Notes under the pieces: generated by a model
Seen by the model: only the letters and a program-made list of their open reading frames with translations
Databases searched by the model: none
Told to the model about the DNA's origin: nothing
Assembly (NCBI GenBank): GCA_964610125.1
Contig: CAZSUV010000002.1
Span: forward strand, 120,940-184,939
From: an uncultured Candidatus Saccharibacteria bacterium
GTDB taxonomy: Bacteria > Patescibacteriota > Dojkabacteria > SC72
Direction: 5' to 3'
Length of the DNA: 64,000 nt
Part shown: one piece after another, positions 27,280 through 38,016 of the stretch
Numbering within the stretch: position 1 is the stretch's first letter
How the letters are laid out: each line of letters opens with the position of its first letter
Position numbers and translations under genes: made by a program

Positions 27280-28572
27280 TTACGAATTGATTATTTTTAC
27301 AGCTTCTTCTAATGTAACAAGATTCTGTTCTCCAGTCTCCATATTCTTAATCTGAACTTTCTTTGCATTAATTTCATCATCACCAATAATCATAACCCAG
27401 GGGATATTCTTCTTAGATGCATATTTTAATTGATTACCAAACTTGATAGCTGTCATCTGTGCTTCGGTATTTATACCTTTCTCTCTTAATTGCTTTGCTA
27501 TACCTTGTATACATGTATAGAGTTTGGTATCAAAAAGAGGTAGGAATACTTTTGTATCTGTTTTGGTTTTTGGAATTAAGCCATAGGTTTCCATATAATC
27601 TCGTGTGGTTGTATCGCCCCAACCAATTCCAAATGCAGGGAGTTCTTCTTGCCCAAACATGGATAAGAGATCATCATATCTTCCCCCACCAAACAATGCT
27701 CGAGGGTTTTCTTTGCTACCAATATCAAACATTTCAATAACAGTCCCAGTATAATATGCTAATCCTCGCATGATTGAAGGTTCGAATCTCAGATTGGTTA
27801 GCCCGAGTTCATCTATTTTTGCAAACAATTCTATCAATTGTGCAGCACCTTGAGATTTGTCTTTAATCTTTTTTAAATCTTCCAAAGTCCATTTCAAAAA
27901 TTCCAATATTTGTTCTACTTGTTTGTCACGGAGTTCTAATTCTTCAAGATATTCAACAAAGGCTTCTTTTCCAAGTTTTGGGTAATTATCTATAGCTCTG
28001 CCCACCTTTGCTTTTTTTTCTTCGGAAAGCTTTAGAATATCCTTGAAAAGATAATCTAAGAGATATCTACTGTTTACTCTAATTTCATAAGTTTCTTTGG
28101 GAGCCTTAAATTCTTCCATAACAGCAAGAATATATTGGAATATCTCCAATTCAGCTTCTAAGGTTGGAATCCCCAAAATGTCTATATTTAATTGAACAAA
28201 CTCTCTTCTTCTTCCTCTCTGAGGTTTCTCATATCTGTAATATTTTCCAATGTTAAACCATTTTAATGGTAGTGTTAATTCATTTTTCTTAGCAGCAATC
28301 ATTCGAGCTAATGAAGGAGTCATTTCAGGTCTAATGGCTATTTCTCTTCCTCCCTTGTCTGTGAAGTTGTACAACTGAGTGGAAGCAATTTCATCACCTG
28401 ATTTTGCAATATACAATGCAGTTTCCTCAATTAAAGGGGTATCATATTCTTCAAATCCAAATCTCTTGGCAACAGAAGTCCATGTATCGAACATGAAATT
28501 ACGTACTAGCATATCCTGAGGATATGTATCTGCTGTTCCTTTGTACGGAGTTGTTTGTAATTTGGTTTCCAT
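27280..28572 (-). CDS. hisS: histidyl-tRNA synthetase
   Basis: 'RYEKPQRGRRREFVQLNIDILG' is HisRS motif 2 together with the His-A loop. The protein is 430 aa. Confidence 0.9.
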   Translation of the reverse strand: METKLQTTPYKGTADTYPQDMLVRNFMFDTWTSVAKRFGFEEYDTPLIEETALYIAKSGDEIASTQLYNFTDKGGREIAIRPEMTPSLARMIAAKKNELTLPLKWFNIGKYYRYEKPQRGRRREFVQLNIDILGIPTLEAELEIFQYILAVMEEFKAPKETYEIRVNSRYLLDYLFKDILKLSEEKKAKVGRAIDNYPKLGKEAFVEYLEELELRDKQVEQILEFLKWTLEDLKKIKDKSQGAAQLIELFAKIDELGLTNLRFEPSIMRGLAYYTGTVIEMFDIGSKENPRALFGGGRYDDLLSMFGQEELPAFGIGWGDTTTRDYMETYGLIPKTKTDTKVFLPLFDTKLYTCIQGIAKQLREKGINTEAQMTAIKFGNQLKYASKKNIPWVMIIGDDEINAKKVQIKNMETGEQNLVTLEEAVKIINS

Positions 28573-28674
28573 CTGAAAATTATATCACATACTCATTCTC
28601 CTGCGGGCTTGAATAAAAACGTTAAATTATATATATTCAATGTATATATAAGCTGCCGTTAGACTGAAATTCTA

Positions 28675-31356
28675 ATGAAATATAGTGTAGGCATGTCCAA
28701 TTCACGAACTCAAACAACAAGGCGTCCTGTGCGTAGCACCGGAGGCTTTTCTACGTACAATGTATTCAAGAAATTTAATAACAAAAATGTTGGAAAGACT
28801 ACCAGAAGTAAGGACAAGAAACCAATGAAGCCAAAGATGAAAAAGATATTGTATATACTTGTTGGAATTGTTTTTTTCATAGGTTGTATTGTTCTTCTTG
28901 CCGTTGGTATATATCTTAAAAATATACAGAAATCTCTTCCTTCTCCAGACGAACTAGTTCAAAGACAATCTGATGAAAGTACACAAATCTTAGATAGAAA
29001 CGGAACCGTTCTATACACCATCTATGGAAATCAAAATCGAGAATTTGTAGCTATAGATAAGATTCCAGAAAAGACAAAGTGGGCGGTACTTGCCGCAGAA
29101 GATTATGAATTCTACCAACATAAAGGTATAGATTACAAAGGAATTGCTTCTGCGCTTTTAAGAAATCTAAAAGCAGGTGGAATTACTGGGGGTGCAAGTA
29201 CGATTACTCAGCAATTAGTAAGAAACACAATTTTGTATGATGTACTTGGGGATGCTGCATATCAACAAAAATATACTCGTAAGATAAAAGAGATTCTGAT
29301 TACAATGCAGGTTGAACAAACCTTCACAAAAGATCAAATCTTACAGATGTACCTTAATGAAGTTCCTCTCGGAGGGGTTAACTATGGTCTTCAAGCAGCT
29401 GCAAACGCATATTTTGGTAAGGATGTAAGTGAGTTAACACTTGCTGAAAGTGCCACTATCGCAGGTCTAATACAGAGTCCAGGTGTTTACTCTCCATTGT
29501 ATGGAACCAACCCTGATATGGCTAAAACACGTCAAAATTATGTTTTGGATCAGATGCTAAAACACAAAGATTTAACTGGAGTCACAGAAGAAGAAGTTGA
29601 AGCTGCTAGGAACGAAGAATTAGTCTACAGCACTAAGAAGATTGATATTAAAGCGCCTCACTTTGTCTTCTATGTTAAACAATTACTTGTTGAGAAGTAT
29701 GGTATTGATCGTGTAGAAAAAGGAGGATTAAAGGTAACAACAACTTTGGATTATCCAGTCCAGGAAATTGCAGAAGAAGAAGTCTCAAAGGGTGTAGATA
29801 ATGCAAAGAAGAACAATATTAATAACGGTGCTATGGTAGTGATGGATCCCAATAATGGTCAAGTTTTAGCCATGGTGGGATCGGTTGATTATTGGAATAT
29901 TGAGGATCCTCGAGTTGATGGAAATGTAAATATTGCATTGAGTCAAAGACAGATGGGTTCTTCTATAAAACCATTTGTATATCTTACTGCAATTCAAAAA
30001 GGATTTGGTCCTGGAACAGTTGCACCAGACTTAGAACAGATTACATTTGGTACATATGATCCAAAGAACTGGGATAGTAAGAATATGGGATTAATGACCG
30101 CAAGAAAAGCTCTTGTCTATTCAAGAAATGTCCCTGCCGTGTATATGCTACAGACTGTTGGAATTGACAGCTTTTTACAAACAGCAGAGAAAGTAGGAAT
30201 TGCAAGTTTAGCTAATAAAGCGGGATATGGATTAAGCTTAGCACTTGGATCTGGAGAAGAGACTCTACTCGAGCATGCTACTGCATATACTGTATTGGCC
30301 AATGGGGGCTTGAAGTATGATGTATCCCCTATTCTTAAAGTAGAAGATTCGAATGGCGAAGTCTTAGAGGAATATAAAGCTCAGGAAGGCAAACGAATTT
30401 TTGAAGAAAAGGAGATATATGCAGTTAACTGGATGCTATGTGATCTTGGTGGGTTTGGAGATAGACCAGATAACGGATATTATACTGTAAATGGGAAGAA
30501 GATTTGTGGAAAGACTGGTACTACAGATGGTCCTAAAGATTTAACTACAATTATCTACCACAAAAAGTTAGTAGTTGCAGTATGGAATGGAAATAATAAT
30601 GGAGAAGTTGCTCCAGGAGCTTGGGGTTCAACTATTCCTCTTCGTATTGCGAACTCATTTGTTAAAAGAGTTGCAGATAGGTATGTCCCAGAAACGTACA
30701 GTAGACCTGCAGGTATACTGTCCACTACAGTTTGTACTGACACAGGAGCATCTCCTGCAGATGGGGTAAATTGTAACAAAGAAGCATCTATATTTGTCGA
30801 AGGTGGTGCACCACAAGTAGATAATCGTAAGGCTGTTGAGGTATGCAAAGCAAATAACTTGATCCCAGATAATCTATCAATAGCTCGAAAGTATGGTCTT
30901 ATAACTACGAAATATATTCTTTCAACAAAGTTAGCAAACACATTACAACAGGGTGCGTATGATAAATATTTATTAGAAATGGAAAATTCAATTTATCTAA
31001 CTTCTGAACCAGCTACTGCAAACTGTACTGTTCCTTTGGGTGTAGATAATGCTCCTGTTGTTGATATTACGAAACCTACGACAAATCAAACAGTAAACAT
31101 TGGGGGTAATTTAGAGATATCTGGATCTGTAGCATTTGCTGGGAGCATTACCAGCTTTGAAGTTAAATTTGATGCTACTGCAATTGCAGGAGCAACTATG
31201 CAATCTAATGGATCATATGTAGTAAATTATCCAATTCCTGTTGGAACGACTTTGGGAGTTCATACTGTTACTGTTAATGTAACTGATAGTGCAGGAAAGA
31301 CTGCAAGTGCAAGCGTAAGTATAAATGTTGAGGCTGCTACACTACCGCCAATATAA
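28675..31356 (+). CDS. mrcA: class A penicillin-binding protein (transglycosylase/transpeptidase, PBP1A-type) with a C-terminal Ig-like extension
   Basis: GT51 motifs 'EDYEFYQHKGID' and 'GASTITQQLVRN' are present. The transpeptidase has 'SSIKP' (SxxK), 'SRN' and 'KTGTT'. There is an N-terminal signal anchor, and the C-terminal roughly 180 aa are beta-rich and Ig-like. Confidence 0.9.
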   Translation: MKYSVGMSNSRTQTTRRPVRSTGGFSTYNVFKKFNNKNVGKTTRSKDKKPMKPKMKKILYILVGIVFFIGCIVLLAVGIYLKNIQKSLPSPDELVQRQSDESTQILDRNGTVLYTIYGNQNREFVAIDKIPEKTKWAVLAAEDYEFYQHKGIDYKGIASALLRNLKAGGITGGASTITQQLVRNTILYDVLGDAAYQQKYTRKIKEILITMQVEQTFTKDQILQMYLNEVPLGGVNYGLQAAANAYFGKDVSELTLAESATIAGLIQSPGVYSPLYGTNPDMAKTRQNYVLDQMLKHKDLTGVTEEEVEAARNEELVYSTKKIDIKAPHFVFYVKQLLVEKYGIDRVEKGGLKVTTTLDYPVQEIAEEEVSKGVDNAKKNNINNGAMVVMDPNNGQVLAMVGSVDYWNIEDPRVDGNVNIALSQRQMGSSIKPFVYLTAIQKGFGPGTVAPDLEQITFGTYDPKNWDSKNMGLMTARKALVYSRNVPAVYMLQTVGIDSFLQTAEKVGIASLANKAGYGLSLALGSGEETLLEHATAYTVLANGGLKYDVSPILKVEDSNGEVLEEYKAQEGKRIFEEKEIYAVNWMLCDLGGFGDRPDNGYYTVNGKKICGKTGTTDGPKDLTTIIYHKKLVVAVWNGNNNGEVAPGAWGSTIPLRIANSFVKRVADRYVPETYSRPAGILSTTVCTDTGASPADGVNCNKEASIFVEGGAPQVDNRKAVEVCKANNLIPDNLSIARKYGLITTKYILSTKLANTLQQGAYDKYLLEMENSIYLTSEPATANCTVPLGVDNAPVVDITKPTTNQTVNIGGNLEISGSVAFAGSITSFEVKFDATAIAGATMQSNGSYVVNYPIPVGTTLGVHTVTVNVTDSAGKTASASVSINVEAATLPPI

Positions 31357-31365
31357 AACTTGTGG

Positions 31366-33852
31366 TTAGATAATCTTGACTGAGTATTCCTTTTCTAACT
31401 TTTTGATTATTTTCTCTGTTGTTACTTTTATATCTTTATCATTAAGAGTCTTATTGAAATTCTTAATAGCTATTCCAAAGGTTATTCTTTTTGTTATTGC
31501 TTTCTCATCAGCTTTGTAAATATCAACACAAGAAACGGTTCCCTTAATATCATCATTATTAATCTCTTTGAATATAACAGCATAAAGATCTTGATACCTT
31601 ATTTCGTCATTAGCTTCAACGCACAAGTCTACTCTACTCTCAGGGTATTTAGGCATTTCAATATATGCGCTATTTTTAATCTCTATTGTATTTAATACAT
31701 TTAGATTAATATCAAATGCCGCGGTATATTTGGGTAATTTGAAATTCATCTTAACCTTATTATCCAATTCTCCAACTATACCGAGGACCATTTCTCTAGT
31801 AGTTATTACAGCAGAAGTATTTCTATCAAACATATATATACTATTTTTAAAATCTTCAGATAGCTTTTCCTCGGAATAGTCTGAAAGCAAAGTATATTCA
31901 ATATCCTTAATATTTAATGTATTAAGAATTTTTTCAACATATCGCTTAGCAATGTAATATGCAGAATCATTTCGTTTTTCAATGGATGTAATAACTGATG
32001 ATAGATGCCAATCTTCTCTTGGCAATTTATTCTCATCGACATAACCTTGAATATGAGGAATATTCATTTCATAAAGAATGAATTTGTCATATCCCTCTTG
32101 CAGGTTCATCTGTGTTTTAAGCAAGAGTGAAGGTATGAGAGATGTTCTCATTAGTGCTAATTCTGGAGCAAGCGCATTTTTTAATTTGTATGCTTTATTT
32201 GCATCTAAGTTAGCTCTTTCCAACGTGAGAATATCAATGAAGCTATATGTATCCGTTTCATTCGCCCCACTATCTGCAAGAATTTGTCTAATTTTCTTTT
32301 TAAGTGTGAATATTGCATTGTCTTTTGCAGGAATTAAATTTCTAAGTGGTAATATAGATTCAACATTGTTGTATCCATAGATTCTTCCAATATCCTCGTG
32401 TATATCTTCTTTAATATTAACGTCTTTTCTCCAATTTGGAACTAAAACAGTTAGTAGATCATCATCTTCCTTGACAATTTTGTATTCCAAATTGGTAAGG
32501 ATTTGTGTTATTGTCACCTTCTGCAATTCTAACCCTAAGTGTGAATTTATCTTTTCAATTGAGAGGGTTATGACTCTTTCTTCTTCCACTGTTGGATATA
32601 TATCAATAATATCTGAAGCAATGGTAGCCTTCGTTAATTCTTTAACCATTCGTACAGTTTCTTTCAAAACTGGAATACATTGATTAGGATCTAAGGCATG
32701 TTTGAATTTTGTACCAGCTTCAGTATTGAGCCCAAGAAGCATTGACGTTTTTCTAATATTTGTCTTATCAAAGTTTGCACATTCAATAATTATCCTTTGT
32801 GTATTGTTGTCCACTTCTGACTCTGTTCCACCCATTATTCCAGCTATAGCCAAGGGGTTTGTACTATCTGAGATAACCATAACGCGATCATTTAGTTCGT
32901 GTACTTTCCCATCTAATCCTAAGATGCTTTCACCTTCTCTTGCCATTCGAATAGTTATGTTTGCTGAGCCATTTTTGTTTGGATCATTTGATACAACTTT
33001 GTCGTAATCGAATGCATGAAGAGGTTGTCCGGAGAGTTGAGAAATGTAATTGGTAATATCTACAATATTATTAATTGGTTTATATCCAAATTTGATCAAA
33101 GCACTCTTTAACCACATTGGCGATTCTTCAACAACAATATTGTCCATTGCAATTGCGGTATATCGTGGACATAGGACCTCAGCATCATTAATAATATTTA
33201 AACCCAAACAGTTCTGTTCCTCTCTGAGATTTTTGGTGTAATCCAAGTACCAAGCTGGAGTTGTAAATGGTTTGCCAAATATAACGGTAAGTTCTCTGGC
33301 TAAACCTAAAATACCAAAAAGATCTCCCCTATTTGTTAATGCCTTGTTTTCTACATCAATGATGAAATCATCTAATTCATAGTATTCGGCAAAAGATTTC
33401 CCAACTGGGGCATCATCTGGAAGGCGCATAACTACGGTGTGATCATTCCCAAGATTTAATTCTTTCTCCGATCCCATCATGCCATCGGATAGCATTCCTC
33501 TCATATCTCTCGATTGGATAATGAATGGTTTTTCTTCTGTATATATTGTGTATGGAACCTTTGCCCCTGGTTTCAAATATGCAACCTTGTCTCCTACTAC
33601 CAATGTTTTGTCTCCTGCTAATACCTGCACTAACTTCTCTTCTCCAACGTTCAATTGATATACCCCGAGCTTGTCTGCATTTGGATGATCTTTCTTTTCT
33701 CTAATCTCTGCTATGATGATGTCAGAATAGTCCTCTGAGAGGTCCTGATAGCTCTCTACCTCACCGATATGCTCCTTAATGCCTTTCACTATCTCTTCAT
33801 TAGTTTGTTGGATTTTGCCTAGTTGTTTTAGTAGATTTACAGATATTTTCAT
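31366..33852 (-). CDS. pheT: phenylalanyl-tRNA synthetase beta subunit
   Basis: It is 828 aa, follows pheS, and has a B3/4 domain, B5 motifs and a C-terminal FDX-ACB-like region. Confidence 0.9.
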   Translation of the reverse strand: MKISVNLLKQLGKIQQTNEEIVKGIKEHIGEVESYQDLSEDYSDIIIAEIREKKDHPNADKLGVYQLNVGEEKLVQVLAGDKTLVVGDKVAYLKPGAKVPYTIYTEEKPFIIQSRDMRGMLSDGMMGSEKELNLGNDHTVVMRLPDDAPVGKSFAEYYELDDFIIDVENKALTNRGDLFGILGLARELTVIFGKPFTTPAWYLDYTKNLREEQNCLGLNIINDAEVLCPRYTAIAMDNIVVEESPMWLKSALIKFGYKPINNIVDITNYISQLSGQPLHAFDYDKVVSNDPNKNGSANITIRMAREGESILGLDGKVHELNDRVMVISDSTNPLAIAGIMGGTESEVDNNTQRIIIECANFDKTNIRKTSMLLGLNTEAGTKFKHALDPNQCIPVLKETVRMVKELTKATIASDIIDIYPTVEEERVITLSIEKINSHLGLELQKVTITQILTNLEYKIVKEDDDLLTVLVPNWRKDVNIKEDIHEDIGRIYGYNNVESILPLRNLIPAKDNAIFTLKKKIRQILADSGANETDTYSFIDILTLERANLDANKAYKLKNALAPELALMRTSLIPSLLLKTQMNLQEGYDKFILYEMNIPHIQGYVDENKLPREDWHLSSVITSIEKRNDSAYYIAKRYVEKILNTLNIKDIEYTLLSDYSEEKLSEDFKNSIYMFDRNTSAVITTREMVLGIVGELDNKVKMNFKLPKYTAAFDINLNVLNTIEIKNSAYIEMPKYPESRVDLCVEANDEIRYQDLYAVIFKEINNDDIKGTVSCVDIYKADEKAITKRITFGIAIKNFNKTLNDKDIKVTTEKIIKKLEKEYSVKII

Positions 33853-33854
33853 AA

Positions 33855-34877
33855 TTAGAATTGTCTTAAGAAGTTAAGGTTGGAATCTCTTAGGTATCGT
33901 ATATCATTTATAGCCAGTTTTATCATTGTTAATCTGTCTACTCCAAAACCCCATGCGAATCCGCTGTATACTTCTGGATCTATTCCGCCTTGTGTTAATA
34001 CATTTGGATGAATCATTCCACATCCCATTAATTCTATCCATCCGGAGTGCCCACATGTGGAGCATCCAGTCTTGTTACAGAATGGACAGCTTATGACAAA
34101 CTCACAATCTGGTTCTGTGAATGGGAAGAATGATGGTTGTATTCTTACTTCTAAATCTGTTTCTAGGTATGCTTCTAGGAAGGTTTTGATAGTGGCTTTC
34201 ATATTTGCTAATGAAATCCCTTTATCTACATATATACCCTCCATCTGGTAGAAGGTATGACCATGACTAGCGTCCGTAGCTTCGTGTCTAAACACTCTTC
34301 CAGGTAATACTACTCTGATTGGAGGCTCGAACTGTTTGAGTGCCCTATTTTGCATTGTAGAGGTGTGAGCGGGTAATACAAATCCATCCTCTGTCCAGAA
34401 AGTATCATACATATCTCTAGCAGGATGCCCTACTGGGAAATTTAATGATTCAAACATATGGTAATCATCATCCATCTGTTTACTTTCCATTACATCAAAC
34501 CCCATTCTTTGGAATATTTCTACTAATTTTTCTACTTCTTTATGTAATGGATGCTTGGTTCCTTTGATATCCCATATCTCTGGTCTATCATTCTTTGGTG
34601 TATTTACATCAAATGGTGCTGTAGGGTCAATTCGGTTATTGGATGAGTAAACTAATGATTGATTTTTCTTTTGATCAAGTAATTCAGTTACGCTGTTTTT
34701 TAATTGGTTAACTGCTTGTCCATATGTGGCTTTTTGATCATTTGGAATGGAAGCAATAGCTTTCATTGCAAGTGTTAAAAGCCCGTTTGAGCTAAGATAT
34801 TTGGTCTTTAATTCTTCGTATGAGAGATCGGTATCTTTCTGTAACTGGACCTGTATTTTTTCTAGATTGTTATCCAT
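33855..34877 (-). CDS. pheS: phenylalanyl-tRNA synthetase alpha subunit
   Basis: 'FRHEATDASHGHTFYQMEGIY' is class II motif 2 and 'GFAWGFGVDRL' is motif 3. Confidence 0.9.
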   Translation of the reverse strand: MDNNLEKIQVQLQKDTDLSYEELKTKYLSSNGLLTLAMKAIASIPNDQKATYGQAVNQLKNSVTELLDQKKNQSLVYSSNNRIDPTAPFDVNTPKNDRPEIWDIKGTKHPLHKEVEKLVEIFQRMGFDVMESKQMDDDYHMFESLNFPVGHPARDMYDTFWTEDGFVLPAHTSTMQNRALKQFEPPIRVVLPGRVFRHEATDASHGHTFYQMEGIYVDKGISLANMKATIKTFLEAYLETDLEVRIQPSFFPFTEPDCEFVISCPFCNKTGCSTCGHSGWIELMGCGMIHPNVLTQGGIDPEVYSGFAWGFGVDRLTMIKLAINDIRYLRDSNLNFLRQF

Positions 34878-34899
34878 GTTTATATTGTATATTGTTTGT

Positions 34900-34932
34900 A
34901 TAAAAAGAAAAAGGACTCTTTGCAGAGTCCTT
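34900..34932 (-). terminator. intrinsic terminator / attenuator between rplT and pheS
   Basis: On the minus strand 'AGGACTCTgcaaAGAGTCCT' is a perfect 8-bp stem followed by TTTTTCTTTTT. It lies in the rplT-pheS spacer, the same position as the pheST attenuator in other bacteria. Confidence 0.5.
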
Positions 34933-34954
34933 TATATATCAAAAGTAAAGAACT

Positions 34955-35293
34955 CTAAAGAGATTTTACTATAAATGTAAAGACTGAAGGATTGTTGTAT
35001 GCAATATCTGCTAATACCATTCTATTTAATTCAATATTCTTTGTTTTCATTCCACCTATTAAATCCTTGTATTGAATACCATTATTCTTACATGCTGCAT
35101 TAATTCTGTTTATCCAAAGCTTTCTAATCTGTGCTTGTCTCTTCTGTCTTGCATTGTATGCATATTGGCCAGCGTGCATGAAAGCTTCGTGGGCAACTCT
35201 ATACAAATGATTTTTGCTCATTCTGTATCCCTTAGTTGCCTTTAGGATTTTATTATGTTTTCTTGATCTTACTGTTCCACCTTTGACTCTCAT
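34955..35293 (-). CDS. rplT: 50S ribosomal protein L20
   Basis: 'MRVKGGTVRSRKHNKILKATKGYR' is the L20 N-terminus. Confidence 0.9.
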   Translation of the reverse strand: MRVKGGTVRSRKHNKILKATKGYRMSKNHLYRVAHEAFMHAGQYAYNARQKRQAQIRKLWINRINAACKNNGIQYKDLIGGMKTKNIELNRMVLADIAYNNPSVFTFIVKSL

Positions 35294-35304
35294 GACTTAA
35301 TATT

Positions 35305-35517
35305 CTAGAGATTAATTACTTTTCGAATCATTTTCTTTTCATTTGCACCAGTTATGATTGCATTTGATTTCTGTCTTCTCTTAGATCTAGATGACCTTTT
35401 GGTCTTCAAATGACCTTGGCAACTCTGCTTGTATCTAAGTTTAGCTGGTCTGTTCCCTCTCGGGTTAGATAGCCTGATTCTCTTCTTCGCTGTTTTGTTT
35501 GTTTTTTGTCTTGCCAT
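35305..35517 (-). CDS. rpmI: 50S ribosomal protein L35
   Basis: It is a 70-aa, highly basic protein ('KTAKKRIRLSNPRGN...HLKTKRSSRSKRRQK') in the conserved infC-rpmI-rplT position. Confidence 0.75.
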   Translation of the reverse strand: MARQKTNKTAKKRIRLSNPRGNRPAKLRYKQSCQGHLKTKRSSRSKRRQKSNAIITGANEKKMIRKVINL

Positions 35518-36070
35518 TTTGTCTATATGTAATTGAGATACGATTATTCTCCATCTTTGGTTCGGCTTCGATACTACTATAATCTGCGAAATTAGTCAAT
35601 ATTTCAGCGAAAACTGATTGCGCTATTTCCTTGGATTGTCTCCCTTTCTTGACCATTGTGAGCTTAACTGGGTGACCTTTGCTCAAAAATTCTAATGCAC
35701 GCTTAATTCTATGACTTGTGTCCCCAATATCCATGACTGGTGTGAACCTAAATTCCTTCTGTTCTTTCATCTTTGAGCTAACCATCGTAGCCTTTTTCTT
35801 TTTGTTTTGCTGATATACAAATTTGGAAAAATCCATAATCTTACATACTGGTGGTTTTGCAGTTGCACCTACTTCGACCAAGTCCAGTCCTGCTTCTTGT
35901 GCCAATATCATTGCCTTTGGTGTCTCTACGACTCCGAGATTCTCTCCTTCTGCTCCAATTAATTGAACTTCAGGTACTCTAATCCATTCGTTTTTTCTGG
36001 GGCCTAAGTCCTTTTTAACGAACTGTCCTTTGTTGTAATTACTATTATTGTTATTCTCACTATATCCCAT
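35465..36070 (-). CDS. infC: translation initiation factor IF-3
   Basis: 'IRVPEVQLIGAEGENLGVV' and 'AGLDLVEVGATAKPPVCKIMDFSKFVYQ' are IF3 N- and C-domain signatures. The 3' end overlaps rpmI by 53 nt in another frame. The start codon is uncertain because infC often uses a non-ATG start. Confidence 0.8.
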   Translation of the reverse strand: MGYSENNNNSNYNKGQFVKKDLGPRKNEWIRVPEVQLIGAEGENLGVVETPKAMILAQEAGLDLVEVGATAKPPVCKIMDFSKFVYQQNKKKKATMVSSKMKEQKEFRFTPVMDIGDTSHRIKRALEFLSKGHPVKLTMVKKGRQSKEIAQSVFAEILTNFADYSSIEAEPKMENNRISITYRQNGKTKNKQNSEEENQAI

Positions 36071-36100
36071 TAAATTTTTGTATTTTTAAATTTAAATATA

Positions 36101-37867
36101 TTAATTTGTGGGATTACCCTTCGTTCGGATTTCTTCCTTAAGGGTATCTATGAATTCTTGAACCTTCATCAATCCTTGATCTTTGGTTTTTCTAGTTCGG
36201 ATTGATATTGTTTCGGTTTCCATCTCTTTATCTCCAATGATTACGATGTAAGGAATCTTCATCTTTTCTGCATCTCTAATCTTGGATTGCATACTCTTGT
36301 TTCGATCATCAAGTTTTACTCTTAGTTTTGCATTCTTAAAATCCTTGTAAACATTGTCAGAATATTCTCTGTGCTTTTCAGATATTGGAATGACATACAC
36401 TTGCTCTGGAGTAAACCAAAGTGGAAAGTCTCCACCATGATGTTCAATGAGGAATGAGAAGAATCTTTCAAAGGATCCTAGCAATGCTCTATGAATCATA
36501 TATGGTTGCTTTTCTTCCCCGTTTTCATCTATATATTTGATATTGAATCTTTCAGGTAAGTTGAAATCTAGCTGTATTGTAGATACTGAATCTTCTTTTC
36601 CAAAGACATTGTAAGCTTGTACATCAATCTTTGGACCATAGAATGCAGCTTCTCCAGCTATCTCTTCATATTCAAGGCCTCTATTCTTTAGAACTTTTCT
36701 TAAAGTTTCTTCAGCTAACATCCATTTTGCTTGATCTCCAGCATAATGATCTGGTTTCTTCTCCCAATCTGAGATTGAAAGTCTAAACTTGTATTTATCA
36801 AATCCAACATCTTTGTAGAAGGTATCTAAAAGATCCAAAATCTCGTCAATTGAGCTTTCAAGCTGCTCTTCTGTACAGAAGATATGCGCATCATTTTGAG
36901 TAAATCCTCTTACTCTTTGTAATCCATGTAACTCTCCTGATTTCTCATATCGATATACTGTTCCAAATTCTCCAAGCTTATATGGTAAGTCTCTGTAGCT
37001 CTTTGGTTCTAATTTGTAAACCATAATGCCTGCAGGGCAATTCATTGGCTTTAGATAGTATCTTTCGCCATCGATATCAATTGGTGGGTACATTGAGTCT
37101 TTGTAGAAACCAAGGTGCCCAGATATTTTAAAGAGTTCTTCTCTGTTGATATGTGGAGTTAAGATATGTTCATAGCCTGCATCTCTTTCAAGATCTAGCA
37201 TATATTCTTCGAGGATTCTTCTCATTCTGTATCCTCTTGGTAACCATACTGGTAACCCTTGCCCTATCTCAGGAATTATTGCAAACAATTTTAATTGTTT
37301 ACCTAATGTTCTATGATTTCTTCTTTCTGATTCTGCTTGTAGTTCTAAGAATGCTTTTAGCTCTTCTTTAGTTTCAAATGCAGTCCCATATATTCTGGTT
37401 AACATTTTCTTCTTTTCGTCACCTCTCCAGTATGCTCCAGCAGTTTTTAATAGCTTTACAATACCAATTTGCTTGGTACTTTCAATATGTGGACCTCTAC
37501 AGAGGTCTGCATATTCATTTTCTCCAGTTATGAAGAAACTTAAGTCTTCATCGGGAATATCTTCTAACAATTCTAATTTGTATGTTTGGCCAGTTTTGGT
37601 TAGGTAATCAATTGCTTCTTTTCGCTTCATAAAAACCTGGACGATAGGGAGATCTTGTTTAATGATGTTTTTCATTTCTTTTTCAATTGCAGGAAGATCT
37701 TCTTCAGTTATTGGTTCAGAAAATTCAAAATCATAGTAGAAGCCATTGTCTATTGCGGGGCCAATACCTAATTTAGCATCTGGGTATAGCTTTAAAACAG
37801 CTTGCGCCAATACATGGGAAGCTGAATGTCTCATTCTTTCTAATTTATCAATATTTTCCTTATTCAT
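36101..37867 (-). CDS. thrS: threonyl-tRNA synthetase (lacking the N-terminal TGS domain)
   Basis: It begins at the editing-domain motif 'RHSASHVLAQAV...GPAIDNGFYYDF' and has a class II core ('FGTVYRYEKSGELHGLQRVRGFTQNDAHIF'). The protein is 588 aa. Confidence 0.9.
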   Translation of the reverse strand: MNKENIDKLERMRHSASHVLAQAVLKLYPDAKLGIGPAIDNGFYYDFEFSEPITEEDLPAIEKEMKNIIKQDLPIVQVFMKRKEAIDYLTKTGQTYKLELLEDIPDEDLSFFITGENEYADLCRGPHIESTKQIGIVKLLKTAGAYWRGDEKKKMLTRIYGTAFETKEELKAFLELQAESERRNHRTLGKQLKLFAIIPEIGQGLPVWLPRGYRMRRILEEYMLDLERDAGYEHILTPHINREELFKISGHLGFYKDSMYPPIDIDGERYYLKPMNCPAGIMVYKLEPKSYRDLPYKLGEFGTVYRYEKSGELHGLQRVRGFTQNDAHIFCTEEQLESSIDEILDLLDTFYKDVGFDKYKFRLSISDWEKKPDHYAGDQAKWMLAEETLRKVLKNRGLEYEEIAGEAAFYGPKIDVQAYNVFGKEDSVSTIQLDFNLPERFNIKYIDENGEEKQPYMIHRALLGSFERFFSFLIEHHGGDFPLWFTPEQVYVIPISEKHREYSDNVYKDFKNAKLRVKLDDRNKSMQSKIRDAEKMKIPYIVIIGDKEMETETISIRTRKTKDQGLMKVQEFIDTLKEEIRTKGNPTN

Positions 37868-38016
37868 ATCTATGTTTAGTATATCTTAATTTAAAGGGTT
37901 TTTCTTTTGGGAAAAAGTACAAGCAACATTTTAAAAGGTTCGTGTGGTATAAACGATTCGGCAGAGGATGTTTTTATTGATTCCGTATATTTTGTACATA
38001 TTGTTATTCTATATTT

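Noticed and set aside
37868-38016. Possible T-box leader upstream of thrS
   Set aside because: I could not find the T-box consensus (AATTAGGGTGGNACCGCG-like) or a convincing specifier or antiterminator structure in the 150-nt leader.
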